From NCBI GenBank assembly GCA_035583565.1, contig DATEUR010000005.1, forward strand, positions 1 to 47,887: DNA of 47,887 bases, given 5' to 3'. The notes beneath the pieces were generated by a model. The model searched no databases. It saw only the letters and a list, made by a program, of their open reading frames with translations, and had not been told where the DNA came from. Position numbers and translations under genes: made by a program. This document shows positions 41,287 to 47,887 of this stretch, piece by piece. The first letter of the stretch is position 1. Every line of letters starts with the position of its first letter. Source of the DNA: Minisyncoccota bacterium. GTDB taxonomy: Bacteria > Patescibacteriota > Minisyncoccia > Phycocordibacterales > DATEUR01.

Positions 41287-43026
41287 ATGGAAAAAAATTT
41301 AGACAATCTCCGTCATTCCCTCTCTCATCTCCTCGCGGCGGCGGTGCTTGAACTCTATCCCGGCACAAAACCCACTCTTGGCCCGCCAGTGGAAGACGGC
41401 TTTTACTATGACTTTGATTTTACCGCGCCGCCTTCTGAAAAAGATTTGCCAAAAATAGAAAAGAAAATGCGCGAGATTTTAAAGACCTGGACCACATTTG
41501 AGGGTAAAGAAATCACCCCCGAAGAGGCCAAAAAGATATTTAAAGGCAATCCTTATAAACTCGAACTGATTGAGGAGATAAAAGAACGGGGAGAAAAGAT
41601 AACTCTTTACACTTCTGGAAAATTTACAGATTTATGCAGAGGCGGCCACATCGAAACAATGAAGCATATCGATCCGACCGGTTTTAAAATCGACCGATTG
41701 GCCGGCGCCTATTGGCGGGGAAATGAAAAAAACAAACAGCTCACCCGCATTTACGGCCTTGCTTTTGAAACAAAAAAAGATTTGGAAGATTATATTGTTC
41801 GCAAGGAGGAGGCAAGCAAGAGAGACCACCGCAAAATCGGCAAAGAAATGGAAATTTTTGCCTTTGACGATGATGTCGGCGGCGGACTTGCCCTTTGGCT
41901 GCCAAACGGCACTGTGATCGCCGAAGAACTTGAAAATCTCGCGAAAGAAACAGAGTTTCAAGCAGGTTATGTCCGCGTGAAAACCCCGCATCTCGGCAAA
42001 GAATCGCTTTATCTCAAAAGCGGCCATCTTCCCTATTATAAAGATTCAATGTACCCGCCGATGGAATATGAGGAAACAAAATACTACCTCAAAGCAATGA
42101 ATTGCCCTCATCATCATAAAATCTATGCGGTGAGACCAAGGAGTTATAAAGAATTGCCTCTGCGCTTGGCCGAATACGGCGCCGTGTATCGCCACGAAAA
42201 ATCCGGCGAGCTTTTTGGCCTCATGCGCGTCCGAGGCATGAATATGAACGACGCCCATATTTACTGCACCAAGGAACAATTTGCCAAAGAATTTGAGGCC
42301 GTTAATGAGATGTATTTGAAATATTTTAAAATTTTTGGGATTGAAAAATATGTCATGCGTTTTTCTACTCATGATCCAAAAAAACTTGGCGAAAAATATG
42401 TCAACGAGCCGGCGCTTTGGAAAGAAACCGAGGATTTAGTCAGACAAGTTCTTATCGATTCCAAAATCCCTTATGTTGAAATTCCTGATGAAGCCGCGTT
42501 TTATGGCCCTAAAATTGACGTGGAGATTTGGTCAGCGGTCGGCCGCGAATTCACTCTCGCCACCAACCAGGTCGATTTTTCGAGCCCGCGACGATTTAAT
42601 CTGACTTATACAACAAAAGAAGGTAAAGAGGAATTTCCTCTGATCATCCACCGCGCGCCGCTTGGCACCCACGAAAGATTCATTGGTTTTCTCATTGAGC
42701 ATTACGCCGGCCACTTCCCGACCTGGCTCGCCCCGACCCAAGTAGCCGTTTTAAACATCAGTGAAAATCAAGAGTCTTACGGGGAAGAAATCGCCAAAAC
42801 GCTTCACGCCGAGAAAATTCGGGTGAAATTTTTCAATGAAAACGACAGTCTGGGCAAGAAAATAAGAAAGGCAAAATTGGAACGGATCCCTTATCTTATC
42901 GTCGTTGGCGACAAAGAAAAGAGCGCGAAAACAATGAACGTTGAAGGACGGACTCAAAAATATGAAGGGCTTAAACTAGAGGAATTTAGGAAAATTATTA
43001 AGGAAGAAATAAAAGAGAGAAAATAA
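41287..43026 (+). CDS. thrS: Threonyl-tRNA synthetase lacking the N-terminal TGS domain
   Basis: I prefer the start MEKNLDNLRHSLSHLLAAAVLELYP...GFYYDFDF (ATG 41287); the track's TTG 41191 lies in the repeat. Class II motifs are present (YRHEKSGELFGLMRVRGMNMNDAHIY, FYGPKID) along with a C-terminal anticodon-binding domain. Confidence 0.9.
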   Translation: MEKNLDNLRHSLSHLLAAAVLELYPGTKPTLGPPVEDGFYYDFDFTAPPSEKDLPKIEKKMREILKTWTTFEGKEITPEEAKKIFKGNPYKLELIEEIKERGEKITLYTSGKFTDLCRGGHIETMKHIDPTGFKIDRLAGAYWRGNEKNKQLTRIYGLAFETKKDLEDYIVRKEEASKRDHRKIGKEMEIFAFDDDVGGGLALWLPNGTVIAEELENLAKETEFQAGYVRVKTPHLGKESLYLKSGHLPYYKDSMYPPMEYEETKYYLKAMNCPHHHKIYAVRPRSYKELPLRLAEYGAVYRHEKSGELFGLMRVRGMNMNDAHIYCTKEQFAKEFEAVNEMYLKYFKIFGIEKYVMRFSTHDPKKLGEKYVNEPALWKETEDLVRQVLIDSKIPYVEIPDEAAFYGPKIDVEIWSAVGREFTLATNQVDFSSPRRFNLTYTTKEGKEEFPLIIHRAPLGTHERFIGFLIEHYAGHFPTWLAPTQVAVLNISENQESYGEEIAKTLHAEKIRVKFFNENDSLGKKIRKAKLERIPYLIVVGDKEKSAKTMNVEGRTQKYEGLKLEEFRKIIKEEIKERK

Positions 43027-43090
43027 AAAGGGAAGGAATTATTAACCGTCATTAAAAAAACATCGAGATAAAATTTAAACCGCTTTTATC

Positions 43091-45196
<2,106 letters not shown>

Positions 45197-45259
45197 CTAT
45201 TGATACCCCTATTTTAGCAAATTTTGAGGCAAAAACAAAGGCCAAAAAGTGGATTAAAA

Positions 45260-45291
45260 ACAACAAAAACAGCCATTTTTATGGGCTGTTT
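45260..45291 (-). terminator. Intrinsic terminator after pheT
   Basis: The minus strand forms AAACAGCC-cauaaaaau-GGCUGUUU followed by UUGUUGUUUUU. Confidence 0.6.
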
Positions 45292-45305
45292 AACGGCTAC
45301 TCACC

Positions 45306-47192
45306 TTACCTCGTCGACCATCCTTTGCCGACGAGCCGCTCTTCAATCTTTTTCATAATCCCGCTTACCTCACTATCGGTCAGTGTCTGCTCTCGTGACT
45401 GGAAAACAAGCCGGTAAGCGTAGGAGATTTTGCCTTCCTTTTGATAAGTATCAAAAAGCCGCGGCGGCCGAGTCAACAATTTGCCGCTCTCTTCCTCAAG
45501 AATTTTCACAAGATTTCTTGATTCTTCTTCGCTCGGCAGCCAAACAGCGATATCCCTGGCAATAAACGGATAGGCCGAAATGTTTTTAAAATGAACTTTC
45601 GGCATGGGAGCGAGATCTAAATCTTCATAACTTTTTGGCTCCTTCAAAGACGATATTAATTCATCAAAATTAATTTCAAGAACCGCGAATTTTTCAAAAA
45701 ATATCTTATCCGCTTCCGACAAGTCAATGCCGAACTTTTTTTCCAATTCTGAAGCAATTTTATCAATTGCTTTGGCCGGGGTCCCGAGGCATAAGCTGTT
45801 GTATTCCTTATTTTTTTTAAAAACCTTACCGATCTCTAAGATAAGAACTTCATCCGAGCCAAGAAGCGGCAAATAGAGATTATTTTCTGCCAAAGCAGAT
45901 TTAAAACTTTCAGTTAAATTAGAACGAAGAAATTTCTTGTCAGCCGCCAACGGATTTTTGAGCGGCATTTCTCCTTTTGAACCAAGGGCATAAGTATATA
46001 TTTCGGAAAAGCCAAGGTCGCGCAAAAAGTGGCGGAACCGAGTGGCGTAGTAAAATTCTTTGTTTGGTTTTGAAGTCGGGTTGGCTCTCAATTTTTCAGG
46101 AATTTTATCATAACCATAAATCCGGCCAATTTCTTCAATAATATCCTCGTTAATTCTAAGATCTTGCCTATAAAAAGGCGGCCTGATCTCGAAAATATCT
46201 TTTGTTTCTTTAAAATCAAAGTTATAACGGTTAAAAATCGCCATTACTTCTTTTGATTTTAATTCAGTCCCTAAAAGATTATTGATTTGTTTCAGCGAAA
46301 CTTTTAGCTTAGCCGGTTTTTGCTTTTTGGGGTACAGATCAACCGTTTTTTTGGCTTCCCCGCCGGCAATACTTATAATTAAATCAACGAGAAGAATCAG
46401 GGCTTCTTCTGCGAGTTCCGGCGAGAGATTGTTCTCAAACCGGCGCGATGAATCGGTCAAAATTCCGAACTTTCTTGAGGTTTTACCAACCGAAACCGGA
46501 TCGAAATTAGCTGACTCAAGAATGATATTTTTCGTTGTGTTTGTGATTTCCGCCCGCCGGCCGCCTTTAACGCCAGCCAGCGCCAAATTGCCCTCTTCAT
46601 CAGCAATCAAAAGTTCACCGCCGGAAAGAGTAATTTTTCTTTCTCCAGTCTTTCCTTTTTCTTCCAGTAATGAAATAGTCTCGCCGGTTTTGGCTTCTTT
46701 GACAAAAATTTTGGACCCGGCCAATTTATCCGCGTCAAAAGCGTGAAGAGGTTGGCCGACGGAAAGCATTATAAAATTAGTGGCGTCAACAATGTTGTTA
46801 ATCGAGCGGACCCCGACCACTTCAAGACTTTTTCGAAGCCAGTCGGGAGAAGGGCCGATTTGCACATTTTCTATCTTCTGGCCAAGATAGCGGCGGCATT
46901 TTTGGCTCTTGATTTCGACGGCAAGGTCGGCGGTTTTTCCTTTATGCTCTTCGCCAATAAGTTTTTCGATCTTGAAACCAAAAAGGCCGGCAATTTCCCG
47001 GGCCAAACCATAATGACTCGAGGCGTCGGCAAATCGATCCGGCAGAATCTTGATCTCGAATAAAAAATCAGTCGGCGTTTTATCGACGGCTTCGACTTCA
47101 AAAGCGTGATTAATAAGCATTTTCGAAATCTCCTCCGGCGCTGGCAGGGGCTTTTTAAAATATGATTGAAGCCAATTATAAGAAAATTTCAT
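45306..47192 (-). CDS. pheT: Phenylalanyl-tRNA synthetase beta subunit, short form without the N-terminal OB-fold tRNA-binding domain
   Basis: 628 aa. MKFSYNWLQSYF... runs directly into the B3/B4 region (ILPDRFADASSHYGLAREIA). The B5 and C-terminal FDX-ACB-like regions are present. Confidence 0.88.
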   Translation of the reverse strand: MKFSYNWLQSYFKKPLPAPEEISKMLINHAFEVEAVDKTPTDFLFEIKILPDRFADASSHYGLAREIAGLFGFKIEKLIGEEHKGKTADLAVEIKSQKCRRYLGQKIENVQIGPSPDWLRKSLEVVGVRSINNIVDATNFIMLSVGQPLHAFDADKLAGSKIFVKEAKTGETISLLEEKGKTGERKITLSGGELLIADEEGNLALAGVKGGRRAEITNTTKNIILESANFDPVSVGKTSRKFGILTDSSRRFENNLSPELAEEALILLVDLIISIAGGEAKKTVDLYPKKQKPAKLKVSLKQINNLLGTELKSKEVMAIFNRYNFDFKETKDIFEIRPPFYRQDLRINEDIIEEIGRIYGYDKIPEKLRANPTSKPNKEFYYATRFRHFLRDLGFSEIYTYALGSKGEMPLKNPLAADKKFLRSNLTESFKSALAENNLYLPLLGSDEVLILEIGKVFKKNKEYNSLCLGTPAKAIDKIASELEKKFGIDLSEADKIFFEKFAVLEINFDELISSLKEPKSYEDLDLAPMPKVHFKNISAYPFIARDIAVWLPSEEESRNLVKILEEESGKLLTRPPRLFDTYQKEGKISYAYRLVFQSREQTLTDSEVSGIMKKIEERLVGKGWSTR

Positions 47193-47231
47193 AGTTAAAA
47201 TTACAAAAACACACTTTGAGCGGAGACATGA

Positions 47232-47887
47232 TTAAAATTGGTTAACGAGCCGCAGGTCGCCTTTATAAAGCATTCGGACATCTGGAAGGCCGTACTTCTG
47301 CATAATGAAACGGTCAATGCCGCCGCCGAAAGCAAAACCTTGGTATTTTTTCGGATCAATGCCGACTCGCTCCAAAACTTTCGGATGAACCATACCCGCC
47401 CCCATCACTTCAAGCCATTTACCGCCGCGCGCTATATCAACTTCAATGCCCGGCTCGACAAAAGGAAAGAAACTCGGCCGAAAGCGCAGTTTTACATCTT
47501 TACCGATAAATCGTTTGAAAAATTCAGTAATTGTTCCCTTCAGTTCGGCGAGGGAAACGTTTTTATCAACGTAAAGCCCTTCGACTTGGAAAAATTGCGC
47601 CTCATGAGTAGCATCCGTTGCCTCAAAGCGGTAAACCTTGCCGGGGACAATAATCCGAATCGGCGGTTTGTGTTTTTCCATGTAACGCACCTGCACCGGG
47701 CTCGTATGGGTCCGCAGAAGTCGGCCGTCAGATAACCAAAAAGTATCCCAGAGATCGCGAGCCGGGTGGTCGGCGGGAATATTAAGCGCGTCAAAATTGT
47801 AATATTCCGTTTCAATTTCCGGGCCGTTCGCCACCGAAAAACCAAGCTCGCCGAAAATCCGAACAATATCTTCAATAGTTTGGGTGA
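47232..47887 (-). CDS. pheS: Phenylalanyl-tRNA synthetase alpha subunit (C-terminal catalytic part; 5' end outside the window)
   Basis: The frame stays open to the window edge (...[44 protein letters not shown]...). Class II motifs [12 protein letters not shown] and [10 protein letters not shown] are present. Confidence 0.92.
   Translation of the reverse strand, partial: TQTIEDIVRIFGELGFSVANGPEIETEYYNFDALNIPADHPARDLWDTFWLSDGRLLRTHTSPVQVRYMEKHKPPIRIIVPGKVYRFEATDATHEAQFFQVEGLYVDKNVSLAELKGTITEFFKRFIGKDVKLRFRPSFFPFVEPGIEVDIARGGKWLEVMGAGMVHPKVLERVGIDPKKYQGFAFGGGIDRFIMQKYGLPDVRMLYKGDLRLVNQF

Overview
The window looks like a chromosomal segment from a streamlined, CPR/Patescibacteria-like bacterium. 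That lineage call is an inference from gene content and reduced domain architectures; no database search was possible. I support about 42 protein genes, 40 on the minus strand, many with ATGA or few-nt overlaps. Only capA-vanY and thrS are on the plus strand. I saw no rRNA, tRNA, CRISPR array, transposase or integrase.

Layout, left to right:
- rpoC (partial), rpoB, trmD and a KH-domain gene.
- A six-gene secreted/membrane operon with a cargo-less dockerin next to a membrane-anchored cohesin-like protein (7.2-10.9 kb).
- A visibly AT-richer glycosylation island of about 14 kb (10.9-25 kb): Wzx flippase, GtrB-like GT2, GT4, GT9-like, a double GT2, two methyltransferases and two large polytopic GT-C-like proteins.
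- A copper / thiol-redox cluster (25.2-31.2 kb): CopA, an HMA-DsbD_2-cupredoxin fusion, a CPIC...CC membrane protein, DUF3105, CcdA and DUF1573.
- rpsP, two cell-wall genes, then smc-rnc-nusB::nudix-rpmF.
- Two paralogous lipoproteins (one with an M23 peptidase domain), thrS, gyrB, pheT and pheS (partial).

Most notable observations:
1. A previously unclassified ~85-nt structured RNA motif occurs in two copies, one downstream of trmD / upstream of rpoB and one upstream of rnc. Every helix is maintained by compensatory substitutions.
2. The cohesin/dockerin surface operon has a shared C-terminal anchor module.
3. The copper/thiol cluster sits in a genome segment with no respiratory genes visible.
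4. GC-rich palindromic inserts lie in frame inside the two GT-C-like genes.
5. A 52-nt leader/promoter is perfectly conserved in front of two otherwise diverged lipoprotein paralogs.
6. Several architectures are unusual: NusB-Nudix, a hinge-less short SMC, and CapA-VanY.

All functional calls rest on motif recognition in the translated ORFs.
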